DNA of 63,828 bases, counting the filler, from a bacterium (lineage in GTDB: Bacteria; UBP15; UBA6099; JAJRTR01): NCBI GenBank assembly GCA_024278215.1. It is 3 parts of 3 records of this genome, joined end to end, with 100 filler letters (N's around TTAATTAATTAA, not from the genome) between each part and the next. Parts side by side here need not be neighbours in the genome. Positions count along the whole stretch, not along the records: positions 49,144 to 63,828 come from JAJRTR010000002.1; 2 more parts are not named here. One strand, 5' to 3'. A program made the translations under genes and the position numbers. The notes under the pieces were generated by a model. It made no database searches. It saw only the letters and a program-made list of their open reading frames with translations, and was not told the DNA's origin. This document shows, in pieces, positions 49,144 to 59,481 of the stretch; the stretch's first letter is position 1, and each line of letters starts with the position of its first letter.

Positions 49144-50103
49144 GATCTCGACGCGCGCGTATTTTATGAGCAGCGGGTTGTCGGGATTCTGCATGTCGGT
49201 GAGGACGCGGATGTTTGTGCTTGTGGCGACGGCGAGCAGTGTGCCGCACACAACGCCGTGCGGTATGTCGAAAAAGCCGCCGATGGGGCCTGCGAGGCCG
49301 TGGACGATGCCGAGTCCGGCGTTCGCGAGCGTGATGCCCGACAGCATAGCGGCGTAGGCCATGTCGGCGCGGGCGTCGAGGTTGTCGCCGTAGTTGCACG
49401 ACTCCATCAGGCTGCGGCTCAGGCGCTCGAGGCCGCTGTAGGCGAGTGCGTCGGTCATTGGCGACGATTCGGTCGAGGTGTACGATTCGAGAAGTTGCGT
49501 GAAAGCATCGAGCCCGCACGCCGCAGTGACCGCGGGCGGGCAGGAGAGAGCGAGCTCGGGGTCGATCATTGCGATGTCCGGGACAAAGTTGTCGTGCCGT
49601 AGCGATTTTTTGAAGCCGTCGACACCTATCTTGCTGAGCACCGCGTTTTTGGTCGTTTCGCTCCCTGTGCCGGATGTCGTGGGCAGTGCGATGAACGGGA
49701 CTTTGCTGCCGGGATGCTCTTTTCCCGTGCCGACGCCTTCGAGATAATCGAAGACGGATTCGTTGAGATGCAGCATTGCGGATACGGCTTTGCCCGCGTC
49801 GATGACGCTGCCGCCGCCGATGGAAATTACGACATTTATGTCCGAGCCGCTGTACTCGAAAACGGTTGCGTCGACAAAATCAGGCGATGGTTCACCGCTG
49901 ATTGTCGTATGGTGCATTTCTACGGAATTTTTTTTAAGTTCATCTGAAAACTGCGTCCAGGCCCGACATCTGCCCGGGAAGCCGGGACTTGTGATAACGA
50001 GCGCGTTGTTGCAATGGCCGCTGATGATACCAGCGAGCCGGGCGAACTTGCCGGTGCCGAAAATGATCCTCGGTATTCTTGCGAAAGCGAATGGGCTTAT
50101 CAT
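49144..50103 (-). CDS. Iron-containing alcohol dehydrogenase (3' end lost in the gap)
   Basis: GGGSVIDAGKA, PTTSGTGSETT, GLDAFTQ, GIVHG, PHG. Confidence 0.93.
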
Positions 50104-50120
50104 GTTTATCTCCGATGTTA

Positions 50121-51320
50121 CTATTGTTGAACTATTTCAGCCGTGCATTTCGTATGTTCCGGGTCGCGCGAGTATTCCTTGCAGTAGGGGTTGTTTGTGC
50201 TGAGGCAGCCACCGATGGTATCTTCTCTGGCCTCGTTCTCGGTGGCACCGGTGCCCTCGAAACCGTCGTTGCGCGCGCCGTCGTTTTTCCACAGGGTGCA
50301 GGTCCAGCGCACCTGCGGTGTCGAGTTTTGCGCGGAGGCATAAGCGACGCATTTTGTGTGTGCGTCGTCCACGGCATACTGCTCGCAGTATGGGTTGTTT
50401 GTCGAACGGCAGCCGCTGATGGTATCTTTTCGCGCTTTCTCCTCGGTGGTGCCTGTACCCTGGAAGCCGTCGTTGCGCGCGCCGTCGTTCTTGCGCAGCA
50501 TACACTCCCATCTTTCGATATTTATGTCTTTCGGTATTTGATCGCGGTCGTAATCCACGAGTTTCACGTCGCCCGTGTCCTGGAACTCGACATTGCAGAC
50601 AGTATGGTCGGGGTGCCGCGAATACGCCGTGCAATGCGGATTGTTCGTGCGGAAGCAGCCGGAGGCGGCATCGTTGCGCGCGTCTTCGAGTGTGCTGCCG
50701 TAGCCGTTGAAACCATCGTTGCGCGCGCCGTCGTTCTTCTGCAGGTAGCAGTGCCACCGAGTGCTGTATTGTTTCAGCGCCACCTTTACAGTTTTCGACT
50801 GAGCGGGTGTTTTCTTATCCGGCGTCTGGACGGTCTGCGGCGCGGATGGTGCGGGTTCGGCGGTGGTCGCGCCGGACGTGTCGGCAGCTTTGCCCATCGG
50901 AGACGTCCGCACCGCGGGCAGCCACAACACGTAATCAGGGTCGATTACATAGCCTTTGTCGATCTGATTTTTGAGTTCACTCTTCAGCTTGTCGTAGAGA
51001 TTGATCTTCGCAGAGACGACAATATCTTTTTCGGGTCTGTCGCAACTGTCGGCAGCGTCGAAAAGATCGACAGTGAACGACACCACTTTCTTTGTGCCCC
51101 TGTATGATTTGTATTCGGGCGAGAACCTGACAGATGCCCTGTGCTGCGAGGCCGGGCATCTGCTATATGTGAGGAACGAGTATTCGAGCGCAGCGCCGTC
51201 GAAGCTCATCGTGTCGAGTATGCCTACCTGTTTGATCTGTGCCGCACCGGCATCGAGGCATGTCAGAAATAATGCCGCCACCACTACAAAGATAATCGCA
51301 CCTGCTTTTTTCATTTTCAT
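50121..51320 (-). CDS. Secreted protein with three Cys-rich ~58-aa repeats
   Basis: Signal peptide; 3x RWxCxLxKNDGARNDGFxGxGxTxxxARxDxxxGCxxTNNPxC...HTxC. Confidence 0.8.
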   Translation of the reverse strand: MKMKKAGAIIFVVVAALFLTCLDAGAAQIKQVGILDTMSFDGAALEYSFLTYSRCPASQHRASVRFSPEYKSYRGTKKVVSFTVDLFDAADSCDRPEKDIVVSAKINLYDKLKSELKNQIDKGYVIDPDYVLWLPAVRTSPMGKAADTSGATTAEPAPSAPQTVQTPDKKTPAQSKTVKVALKQYSTRWHCYLQKNDGARNDGFNGYGSTLEDARNDAASGCFRTNNPHCTAYSRHPDHTVCNVEFQDTGDVKLVDYDRDQIPKDINIERWECMLRKNDGARNDGFQGTGTTEEKARKDTISGCRSTNNPYCEQYAVDDAHTKCVAYASAQNSTPQVRWTCTLWKNDGARNDGFEGTGATENEAREDTIGGCLSTNNPYCKEYSRDPEHTKCTAEIVQQ

Positions 51321-51428
51321 AGCTTCCGTCTCCCTGCTTCGTGTTATTTATATATTAACAGATTTTTTTCAGGCCGCTTACACATTTTTTAACGGATCGA
51401 GTTCGGGCTATTCGCAAGTCCTGGAAAA

Positions 51429-54017
51429 TCAATACGACTCATCGAGCATATCTTTCATTTTGAACAGCATGTCGAGCGCTTTCTTCGGAGTGAGTTCGTC
51501 CGGATCGATACTCCTGAGAATCTCTTCGATGCGGCTGGGCGGCAAGTCGTCGATAAGTGTAAGCTGCGAAATGGTTCTCTCGGGTACCGTCATGTTATCA
51601 TCCCCGGCGCGGTCCGCCATTATCTCCGCCGCGCGCCGTATGACCGAAGCCGGCACGCCCGCCATCTTCGCCACCTCGACGCCGAAACTACGGTCCGTGC
51701 TGCCGGGTATCACCTTGTGCGTAAAGACAATCTCCCTGCCCTTTTCAATGGCTGATACATGGTGATTTTTTATCCGTTCATATTTCTCTTCCATTTTTGT
51801 GAGTTCATTAAAATGCGTTGCAAACAGGGTTTTCGCGCCGATGCGTTCGTGAATATATTCCGTGGCGGCCCACGCGATGCCGACGCCGTCTGTTGTGCCC
51901 GTGCCGCGTCCGACCTCGTCCAGCAGTATCAGCGCACGCTTCGACGCATTATTGAGAATCACCGATGTCTCGACCATTTCGACCATGAACGTGCTCAGCC
52001 CCAGCGCTATGTCGTCGACCGCGCCCACGCGTGTGAATATGCGGTCTACAACACCTATGTCCGCGCTCGCGCAGGGCACGAAGCCGCCTGTCTGCGCCAT
52101 CAGCACTATCAGCGCCACCTGCCGCATGTAAGTCGATTTCCCGGACATGTTGGGGCCGGTGATTATATGTATCTGGCTCGACGAGCAGTTCAGAAACGTA
52201 TCGTTGGGAATGAAAGAGTGGGCCGGCAGCGTGTGTTCGAGTACCGGGTGGCGGCCTTCTTCGATCCTGATCGTTTCCGACCTGCTCACGTTGGGGCGGC
52301 AGTAGTTGTTGTCCGCCGCGACAGAAGCGAGCGACAGCAGAGTGTCCACCGCTGCCACAACCCGCGACGCCTTCAGCATCCTGGGTATCTCTTCGGCAAC
52401 TCTGTCGCGCACCTCGCAGAATAGTTTATATTCCAGATCGTTCAGTCTGCCCTCGGCACCTAGTATCGCGAGTTCCTTTTCCTTTAGTTCTTCCGTGAAG
52501 TAGCGTTCACAGTTCGCCATCGTCTGTTTTCGGATGTAATGATCCGGCACGAGATCGAGATTTGATTTTGTTACCTCGATAAAATAGCCGAACACCTTAT
52601 TGTATTTGATTTTCAGCGATTTTATGCCGGTTTCGCTGCGCTCGTGTTCTTCGAGTTCGACGATCCAGGTGCGGCCGCCTTTTTTCGCTGCCCGCAGTTC
52701 GTCCACTTCCTCGTTGAAACCGTCATTGACGATGCCGCCCTCGCGCATGGTGCGGGGCGCGTCGTCGGAGATCGCGTTGCGGAGCAGGTCGGTTACATCT
52801 TCGAGCAGATCGAGGTCCGCCGCGAGCGTTTCGAACATGTTGCTTTTCAGCTCCGACAATTCTTTTTTCAACGGAGGCATGTAAGCGAGCGAATCGCGGA
52901 TGGCGAGCAGTTCGCGCGGTGTGATAAGGCTTGTGGCCACGCGGCTAGAGAGGCGCTCGAGGTCCCGGATTTCCGACAGGTGCGCGGCGAGCGCTTCCCT
53001 GCGGACACGGTCTTCGACAAGTTCGGATACGGCATCAAGGCGGCGGTTGATCTCATCGGCGTCCAGCAGCGGCTGTTCGATCCAGCGCCGTATCATCCTT
53101 TTACCCATGGGCGTTTGCGTGCGGTCGACGACCCACAGCAGGCTGCCCTTGCGCGCCCCCTCGCGGATGGTTCCCGTCAGCTCGAGGTTCCGCTTCGTCG
53201 ACGGGTCCATGTACATGTTTTCGTCGAGAACATAAAGGGAGATGGACTGCACATGTTTCGGCGCGGCGCGCAGGTTGTCTGTCACGTAATCGAGCAACTG
53301 GCCCGCCGCCATTATCGCCAGCGGGTAGTCTTCGAGCCCGAAACCTTTGAGTGATTTTGTGCCGAAATGCCCGCACAGCCTGTCCCGGTGATATGCGGGA
53401 TCGAAAAGCGGATCGAACGGCGTAAGGCTAAGATCGGGGAACTCGCGACCTATGGATTCGGCGAGTTCGTCCTCGGCGGCACGCACGGCGACGAGGCACT
53501 CTCTGGGCGCGATGCGCTCTATTTCCCTGAGCAGCAGCCCCGGCCCGCCGCCCCTGGGTATCTCGCCCGCGCTGAACTCGCCCGTCGATATGTCGATGAT
53601 GCTGATGCCGAATCTGTCGCGCGCCGCGACGATGGAAAGCACATACTGATTGCGACCGGCGTCGAGCCGCTCGATGTCCATATCTGTTCCGGGTGTGATG
53701 ATTCTGACAACTTCGCGATTGACGATCTTCTTGCCTTTCGTCGGCTGCTCGGTCTGTTCGACGATGGCGACTTTGTGGCCAAGTTCGAGCAGTTTAGCGA
53801 TGTAGGAGTCCGCCGCATGATGCGGTACACCGCACATCGGCAGCTTGATGCCGCCGCCGAAGCTGCGCTCCGTCCTCACAATTTCGAGCGCCTTCGACGC
53901 GACGACGGCGTCTTCGCCGAACATTTCATAAAAATCGCCGAGGCGGTACATCAGTATCTCGTTTTTATGCTGGTCCTTTATGGAGCGGTACTGCTGGTAC
54001 ATGGGCGTCATACTCAA
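51429..54017 (-). CDS. mutS: DNA mismatch repair protein MutS
   Basis: TPMYQQY, GDFYEMF, TGPNMSGKST, STFMVEM, DEVGRGT. Confidence 0.98.
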   Translation of the reverse strand: MSMTPMYQQYRSIKDQHKNEILMYRLGDFYEMFGEDAVVASKALEIVRTERSFGGGIKLPMCGVPHHAADSYIAKLLELGHKVAIVEQTEQPTKGKKIVNREVVRIITPGTDMDIERLDAGRNQYVLSIVAARDRFGISIIDISTGEFSAGEIPRGGGPGLLLREIERIAPRECLVAVRAAEDELAESIGREFPDLSLTPFDPLFDPAYHRDRLCGHFGTKSLKGFGLEDYPLAIMAAGQLLDYVTDNLRAAPKHVQSISLYVLDENMYMDPSTKRNLELTGTIREGARKGSLLWVVDRTQTPMGKRMIRRWIEQPLLDADEINRRLDAVSELVEDRVRREALAAHLSEIRDLERLSSRVATSLITPRELLAIRDSLAYMPPLKKELSELKSNMFETLAADLDLLEDVTDLLRNAISDDAPRTMREGGIVNDGFNEEVDELRAAKKGGRTWIVELEEHERSETGIKSLKIKYNKVFGYFIEVTKSNLDLVPDHYIRKQTMANCERYFTEELKEKELAILGAEGRLNDLEYKLFCEVRDRVAEEIPRMLKASRVVAAVDTLLSLASVAADNNYCRPNVSRSETIRIEEGRHPVLEHTLPAHSFIPNDTFLNCSSSQIHIITGPNMSGKSTYMRQVALIVLMAQTGGFVPCASADIGVVDRIFTRVGAVDDIALGLSTFMVEMVETSVILNNASKRALILLDEVGRGTGTTDGVGIAWAATEYIHERIGAKTLFATHFNELTKMEEKYERIKNHHVSAIEKGREIVFTHKVIPGSTDRSFGVEVAKMAGVPASVIRRAAEIMADRAGDDNMTVPERTISQLTLIDDLPPSRIEEILRSIDPDELTPKKALDMLFKMKDMLDESY

Positions 54018-55306
54018 GCGCCTGCCACCTCCCCCTGTATACCGTGGGGCGTGGCGCCCGTGACGCGAACAGTGACTGTGTCTCCCGCGCGCAACTCCCG
54101 CGTGCAGGCCAGGTCGGTCAATTTGCTCGTGCGCGTGCGACCGTAGTACCTGCCGCCGCCGCTGTTCGATCTCGATTCGATCATCACTTCAACATCCGTC
54201 CCGATGAGCGACTCGTTTATCCCGCGCGAAATCCCGTCTTCGAGTTCGTTGAGTTCGGCAAGCCGCTTTTTCTTTTCGGCGTCCGGCACGTCGTCGTGGT
54301 CGCGTGATTCGGAAAGCGGGCGCGGCGAGTATTTAAACGAGTATATGTTGTCCACGCGCACCCTGTCTATCAGTTTCAGCGTGTTGTCGAAATTCGCGCG
54401 CGTCTCGCCCGGAAAGCCCACAATGGCATCCGCTGTGATCCCCGCGCCGGGATAGTATTCCCTTATCATGTCGATCATTTCCATATATTCCGCCGCGGTG
54501 TATCCGCGGTGCATTCGCTCCAGCACATCGTCGTCGCCCGACTGGAATGGAACGTGGAAGTGTTCGCACACCTTTTCCATGCCTGCGATTCCGGCGACGA
54601 ATTCTTCCTTCACCCACGCGGGGTGCGACGTTACAAACCGGATGCGTCTAAGCTGCGGCAGATCGTGAATCAGTTCGATGACGTCCAGCAGTGTGCGGCG
54701 CGGTTTCAGGTCGTAACCGTAAGCGAGCACATTCTGTCCGAGCAGAGTGATTTCCCGCGCGCCCGCTTCGACTTTGGCGGCGATTTCGTCGCGCATCTTG
54801 AATGGGTCTTCGCTTATCTCGGGGCCGCGCACATAGGGGACGACACAGTAGGCGCAGAAATTAGTACAGCCGCGAATCACAGTCTGGTACGCGGATGCCG
54901 TCGCTTCCGGCCCCATTGATTCCGGGACATCCAGGCCGGGGAATTCCGACTGGATCAGCGCGGCGAGTTCCGCCATGTACACCTGCGGATGTTTCGCGCC
55001 GACGACATAATCGACAAACTGTCGTCCCGCCCTCAGGTCCTCTTTTTCCGGTATGCAGCCGCCGACGCCGATAATCGGCCTGCCATGTTTTTCTTTTCTT
55101 ATTCGCTGCACACCGAGAAAACTGAAAAACTTGTCTTCAGCCTTCTGACGCACGCAGCAGGTGTTGATATGTACAAGGTCGGCGTCGGCGTCGGACTCCG
55201 CAGGACGCAGACCCAGCCCGCGCAGGAGCCGCCCCATTTCCGACGAGTCGTCGCGGTTCATCTGGCAGCCGAATGTCTTAATAAAAAATGTCGGTCGTTT
55301 TTTCAT
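54014..55306 (-). CDS. miaB: tRNA methylthiotransferase MiaB
   Basis: TFGCQMN, NTCCVR, CTNFCAYC radical SAM motif, IVGFPGET, TRAM domain. Confidence 0.93.
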   Translation of the reverse strand: MKKRPTFFIKTFGCQMNRDDSSEMGRLLRGLGLRPAESDADADLVHINTCCVRQKAEDKFFSFLGVQRIRKEKHGRPIIGVGGCIPEKEDLRAGRQFVDYVVGAKHPQVYMAELAALIQSEFPGLDVPESMGPEATASAYQTVIRGCTNFCAYCVVPYVRGPEISEDPFKMRDEIAAKVEAGAREITLLGQNVLAYGYDLKPRRTLLDVIELIHDLPQLRRIRFVTSHPAWVKEEFVAGIAGMEKVCEHFHVPFQSGDDDVLERMHRGYTAAEYMEMIDMIREYYPGAGITADAIVGFPGETRANFDNTLKLIDRVRVDNIYSFKYSPRPLSESRDHDDVPDAEKKKRLAELNELEDGISRGINESLIGTDVEVMIESRSNSGGGRYYGRTRTSKLTDLACTRELRAGDTVTVRVTGATPHGIQGEVAGA

Positions 55307-55481
55307 GTTATGTTTTCAATCATTATGCGTGATCCATGTCAACACCCGCAAACCAGTTTGCGGGCGCTGCCCGGATTCTATCCCGCATATTTCACCAATG
55401 CGGGCTATTGTCAAAAACCGCCACATGGTTTATAACAACGCGCAAAGCTTACACCCGCCTTTCACCAGTGCGGGTAAAAAC

Positions 55482-55805
55482 TCACAGTGTCAGTTCCCTG
55501 TAGAAGCAAGTCCAGTTACCAGTGTGGCAGGCGCCCTTGCCGCCCTGTCTGACCGTTGCGAGCAGGCAATCGGCGTCGCAATCGTACATCAGGCGCACAA
55601 CCTCCTGCATATTGCCCGAAGTCGCGCCCTTGTTCCAGTATTCCTGGCGGCTCCTGCTCCAGAACCATGTTGTGCCTTTCTCCAGAGTTCGTTTTATTGA
55701 TTCCTCATTCATATACGCGACCATCAGAACATCTTTTGTCGCTTCGTCCTGCACCACGCACGTGATGAGGCCTTTATCGTCGAATTTAAGGTCCGAAATT
55801 TTCAT
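55482..55805 (-). CDS. hisI: Phosphoribosyl-AMP cyclohydrolase
   Basis: WSRSRQ, KGATSG, DCDADC, ACHTG..CF. Confidence 0.96.
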   Translation of the reverse strand: MKISDLKFDDKGLITCVVQDEATKDVLMVAYMNEESIKRTLEKGTTWFWSRSRQEYWNKGATSGNMQEVVRLMYDCDADCLLATVRQGGKGACHTGNWTCFYRELTL

Positions 55806-55915
55806 ATCGCAGCTCCAGTACTGTTGATAATAAAAACACGCAATTTCCGCGCAAACTATATCTTATCGCAAGTGAGATTTATTTAAAACATTATGAATAT
55901 GAAGTCGGGCGGATA

Positions 55916-56671
55916 TTACATCCTGACCAGAACGCCCCGGTCGCGCAGATATTCTTTTGTTTCCCGCACCGTGAGTATCCCGTAATGAAAGAGCGAAGCG
56001 ACAAGTACGGCGTGCGCTTTTCCCTTGTCTATCGCATCGTAAAGATGTGAAAGCTCGCCCGCGCCGCCCGAAGCGATCACGGGGATATTGACAGCCTCTG
56101 CGACGGCGCGTGTAAGTGGCAGGTCGTAGCCCGCCTTCGTGCCGTCCGCGTCCATGCTCGTGAGCAGTATCTCGCCCGCGCCGCGCTGCTCGACTTCTCT
56201 CGCCCACTCGACGGCGTCACGCTCGACGCGCGTCCGGCCCCCGTGCGTATACACCACCCAGCGGTCGCCCTCCCTTTTCGCGTCGATGGCCACCACTATG
56301 CACTGCGCGCCGAACATCGCCGAGGATTCATTTATCAGGTCCGGCGTGTACACCGCCGCCGTATTCATCGAAATCTTGTCCGCGCCCGCGTTCAGCAGTT
56401 CGCGTATCGTTTCCACACTACTAGTGCCGCCGCCGACTGTGAACGGAATAAAAATCGATTCCGCAACCCGCCGCACCACGTCCAGCATTATATGCCGCGT
56501 GTCGGATGACGCTGTTATGTCGAGGAAAACCAGTTCGTCCGCTTCCATCTCGTCATACTTAATCGCCTGCTCGACAGGGTCGCCCGCGTCGACGATATTG
56601 ACAAAGTTGACGCCCTTCACCACTCGTCCCTTATCGACGTCAAGGCACGGTATTATCCTTTTTGCCAGCAT
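55916..56671 (-). CDS. hisF: Imidazole glycerol phosphate synthase cyclase subunit
   Basis: [27 protein letters not shown]. Confidence 0.97.
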   Translation of the reverse strand: MLAKRIIPCLDVDKGRVVKGVNFVNIVDAGDPVEQAIKYDEMEADELVFLDITASSDTRHIMLDVVRRVAESIFIPFTVGGGTSSVETIRELLNAGADKISMNTAAVYTPDLINESSAMFGAQCIVVAIDAKREGDRWVVYTHGGRTRVERDAVEWAREVEQRGAGEILLTSMDADGTKAGYDLPLTRAVAEAVNIPVIASGGAGELSHLYDAIDKGKAHAVLVASLFHYGILTVRETKEYLRDRGVLVRM

Positions 56672-56710
56672 GAGAACTCCTTATGTCATCCGATTAAGTC
56701 AACCGAACGA

Positions 56711-57439
56711 TCAGTCCTGATACTTCCTTATCGCCTCTTCGAGATCGAAGTCGCCTGTATACAGTGCCTTACCGATAATCGCGCCGGTAATATTGTCGTG
56801 GCCCAGTTCGATGAAGCGGCGGATGTGGTCGGCATCCGACACGCCGCCCGCCGCGATAATGCCGATGTCCAGCGCCTTCGCCACCTCGTCCATCATCTCG
56901 AAATTCGGTTCCGTCAACATTCCATCCCGTTTTATATCTGTAAAGATGATCACCTTCGCGCCGTCTTCCTGCATACGCAACGCGGCGTCCACCGTATCGA
57001 GATCGGTGTAATCGGTCCATCCCTTTACAGCGACCTTTCCATTCGCGGAGTCGACGGACACGGCGACTTTATCGCCGAATTCGGCAAACAGGTCGCGCGC
57101 GAATTCGCGTGATTCGAGCACTTTCGTGCCGACGATCACACGCGCGACGCCGTCTTCGAGATACTTCCGCACATGGTCCGCCTCGCGTATGCCGCCGCCC
57201 ACCTGCACAGGCACATCCACCGCGTCCACAATCCTTTTCACCGCATCTCTGTTGGCGAAACAACGCTGGTCTATCGCGCCGTCGAGATCGATGACATGCA
57301 ACCATTTGCAGCCCGCGGCGAACCACCTGGCCGCCATCTTCTCCGGCTGGTCCGAGTACACAGTGCACTCCTCTCGCACGCCGCGAGTCAGGCGCACGCA
57401 CTTGCCGCCCATCAGGTCTATCGCGGGATACAGCATCAT
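56711..57439 (-). CDS. hisA: ProFAR isomerase
   Basis: PAIDL..GKCVRL, HVIDLDGA, VGGGIR, TDIKRDGML. Confidence 0.96.
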   Translation of the reverse strand: MMLYPAIDLMGGKCVRLTRGVREECTVYSDQPEKMAARWFAAGCKWLHVIDLDGAIDQRCFANRDAVKRIVDAVDVPVQVGGGIREADHVRKYLEDGVARVIVGTKVLESREFARDLFAEFGDKVAVSVDSANGKVAVKGWTDYTDLDTVDAALRMQEDGAKVIIFTDIKRDGMLTEPNFEMMDEVAKALDIGIIAAGGVSDADHIRRFIELGHDNITGAIIGKALYTGDFDLEEAIRKYQD

Positions 57440-58047
57440 GATTCGTTCACCCGCTTTCCGAAAAGTTCGAGCAACTTGAGTCCCAGCTTCTGGCTCTTCT
57501 CGGGGTGGAATTGTGTCGCCGCCACATTGTCCTTCAGGATCGACGAAGCGAACTCGATACCATAAGGAGTAGTCGTCATAATTATCGACGCATCTTCCGG
57601 AACCGGGTAATAAGAATGCACAAAATAGAAAAAAGAGCCATCGGCGATCTCGTCGCCCACAAGGTCGCGATTTTTGAAATAAACCTGGTTCCAGCCCATG
57701 TGCGGCACTACTTCATCGTCCGGGAAACGTATGTTTTTTCCCTTGAAAACGTCCAGGCAATCGACACCGCCACCCTCCTCGCTGCAAGTGAAAAGCATCT
57801 GGTAGCCGAGGCATATCCCGAGGAAAGGCTTGCCGCCCGTGATCTGTGCGGCAATGAGATCGACGAGATTCAACTCGCGCAGGTTTTTCATCGCCGCGCC
57901 CATCGCGCCCACGCCGGGCACTATAACACCTGCCGCGTCTTTGATCGACTGCGCGTCCGACACAACTCGCGCGTCGAGCCCCACCTTTTCGCAGCCTTTC
58001 CACACACTGCCCAGGTTGCCCATTCCGTAATCTACTATCGCTATCAT
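57436..58047 (-). CDS. hisH: Imidazole glycerol phosphate synthase glutaminase subunit
   Basis: DYGMGNL, PGVGA, GICLG, YFVHSY, QFHPEKS. Confidence 0.97.
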   Translation of the reverse strand: MIAIVDYGMGNLGSVWKGCEKVGLDARVVSDAQSIKDAAGVIVPGVGAMGAAMKNLRELNLVDLIAAQITGGKPFLGICLGYQMLFTCSEEGGGVDCLDVFKGKNIRFPDDEVVPHMGWNQVYFKNRDLVGDEIADGSFFYFVHSYYPVPEDASIIMTTTPYGIEFASSILKDNVAATQFHPEKSQKLGLKLLELFGKRVNES

Positions 58048-58211
58048 AGGCAAAAGTGTAGGGAAAACACTTGGGGATGTCAATTCTGTTCGTCGCGGCA
58101 CGCGCAACCTGCACTGCGATATTTGAAGGCGCAATTCATACAGGGAACTTGAGCCGCTTTCGTTTGTTTATATAGCTATGGATATTCTGCAAATAGCCGG
58201 GGAGGCATGAC

Positions 58212-58421
58212 ATGCAATCATGCAAAGGCGTCGCAGGCCCGAAAAAACATCCTTGCCCCGACTGCACCTTCTGCCAGTGGTGCTCGGACACAAAGTGTAA
58301 TGTATGTTTGCGCGAGCGAAAAACCTGCAAGTCATGCGCACCGGACAAAAAACGCAAGCCCGCGTCACCGCGTCACCGCGTTATCGCTGATTGCCCCCGC
58401 GATAGTGCCGCCGCCCAGTAG
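58212..58421 (+). CDS. Small Cys-rich (metal-binding) hypothetical protein
   Basis: KKHPCPDCTFCQWCSDTKCNVC; GGGGAGG RBS 6 nt upstream. Confidence 0.65.
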   Translation: MQSCKGVAGPKKHPCPDCTFCQWCSDTKCNVCLRERKTCKSCAPDKKRKPASPRHRVIADCPRDSAAAQ

Positions 58422-59474
58422 TTCTTCTCCGTCATACAGCACAGCGGCCTGACCCGGAGTGACGGCCCGCAGCGGCCTGTCAAACCTGATAATGTGTATG
58501 CCGTTTTCATCTTTACCGGCATATACAGCCGGGGCGGGCGGCGCGTTGTACCTGATCTTCACAAACACATTCATCTCGTCCGGCAGCGGGCGGCCCGACA
58601 CGAAATACGCATCGTCAAAAAACAAACCGTCCGCGAAAAGTTTGTCACCCGCACCGGCTGTGATCGTGTTGTTCGCCGGGTCGAGCGCAACAACATACAG
58701 CGGTTGCGGCGCGGCGATTCCAAGTCCTTTTCTCTGGCCGATCGTGTAATGAACAATGCCTTTGTGCCTGCCGATCTCGTTTCCGGCGGTGTCGACAATC
58801 GGGCCGGGCTTCACAGCATCGGGAAAAAGTTTTTCCACGAGTTCGCCGTATCCGCCCGGGCCGATAAAACAGATTTCCCGGCTCTCGGGCCTGTCGGCGG
58901 CGGACAATCCGAGTTCTTTCGCCTTTTGTTTTAAATCATGTTTTACATATTTGCCGTCCGGGAAAAAAACACGGTCCAGAGTCTTCTGGTTCAGTCGGTA
59001 GAGGAAGTAAGACTGATCCCTTGTCTTATCGGCACCCCGAAAGAGTTTCCACTCGTTGCCGCATCTTTTTTTGATGATGTAATGGCCGGTGGCAAGCGCG
59101 TCCGCGCCGAGTCTCCGGGCTTCCGCAAGCAGCGCGCCGAATTTTATTTTCAAGTTGCACACCACACACGGGTTAGGCGTGCGGCCTTCGAGATAGGTTC
59201 TTGCAAAATTATTAACAACCGCATCGAAAAAAACAGCGCCGAGATCGACACTATGAAAATCAATGCCGAGTTTGCCGCACGCCGCGCGCGCCGATTCAAC
59301 GGGAGCCTCCTGCCCGGCATCGCCGACGACCGTGCCGCTGTTCCAGTCGCCTTCGAGCCGCATGTGAAGCCCGAACACCTCGTGCCCTTCTTCCTTAAGC
59401 AGCCAGGCGGCGACCGAGCTGTCCACTCCGCCGCTCATCGCTACCGCTATCTTTTTTCTGCGAACCGAATTCAT
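58365..59474 (-). CDS. mnmA: tRNA 2-thiouridine(34) synthase
   Basis: AMSGGVDSS, TPNPCVVCN, ATGHY, DQSYFL, YTIGQRKGL, TPGQ. Confidence 0.97.
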   Translation of the reverse strand: MNSVRRKKIAVAMSGGVDSSVAAWLLKEEGHEVFGLHMRLEGDWNSGTVVGDAGQEAPVESARAACGKLGIDFHSVDLGAVFFDAVVNNFARTYLEGRTPNPCVVCNLKIKFGALLAEARRLGADALATGHYIIKKRCGNEWKLFRGADKTRDQSYFLYRLNQKTLDRVFFPDGKYVKHDLKQKAKELGLSAADRPESREICFIGPGGYGELVEKLFPDAVKPGPIVDTAGNEIGRHKGIVHYTIGQRKGLGIAAPQPLYVVALDPANNTITAGAGDKLFADGLFFDDAYFVSGRPLPDEMNVFVKIRYNAPPAPAVYAGKDENGIHIIRFDRPLRAVTPGQAAVLYDGEELLGGGTIAGAISDNAVTR

Positions 59475-59481
59475 ATAATAG

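Noticed and set aside
50133-50759. Repeated CCGTCGTTGCGCGCGCCGTCGTT as a possible CRISPR array
   Set aside because: Spacing of about 200-250 bp, in-frame coding repeats, no cas genes
50079-51107. 342-aa plus-strand ORF with repeats
   Set aside because: Mirror of the repeat protein on the minus strand, which has the signal peptide and RBS
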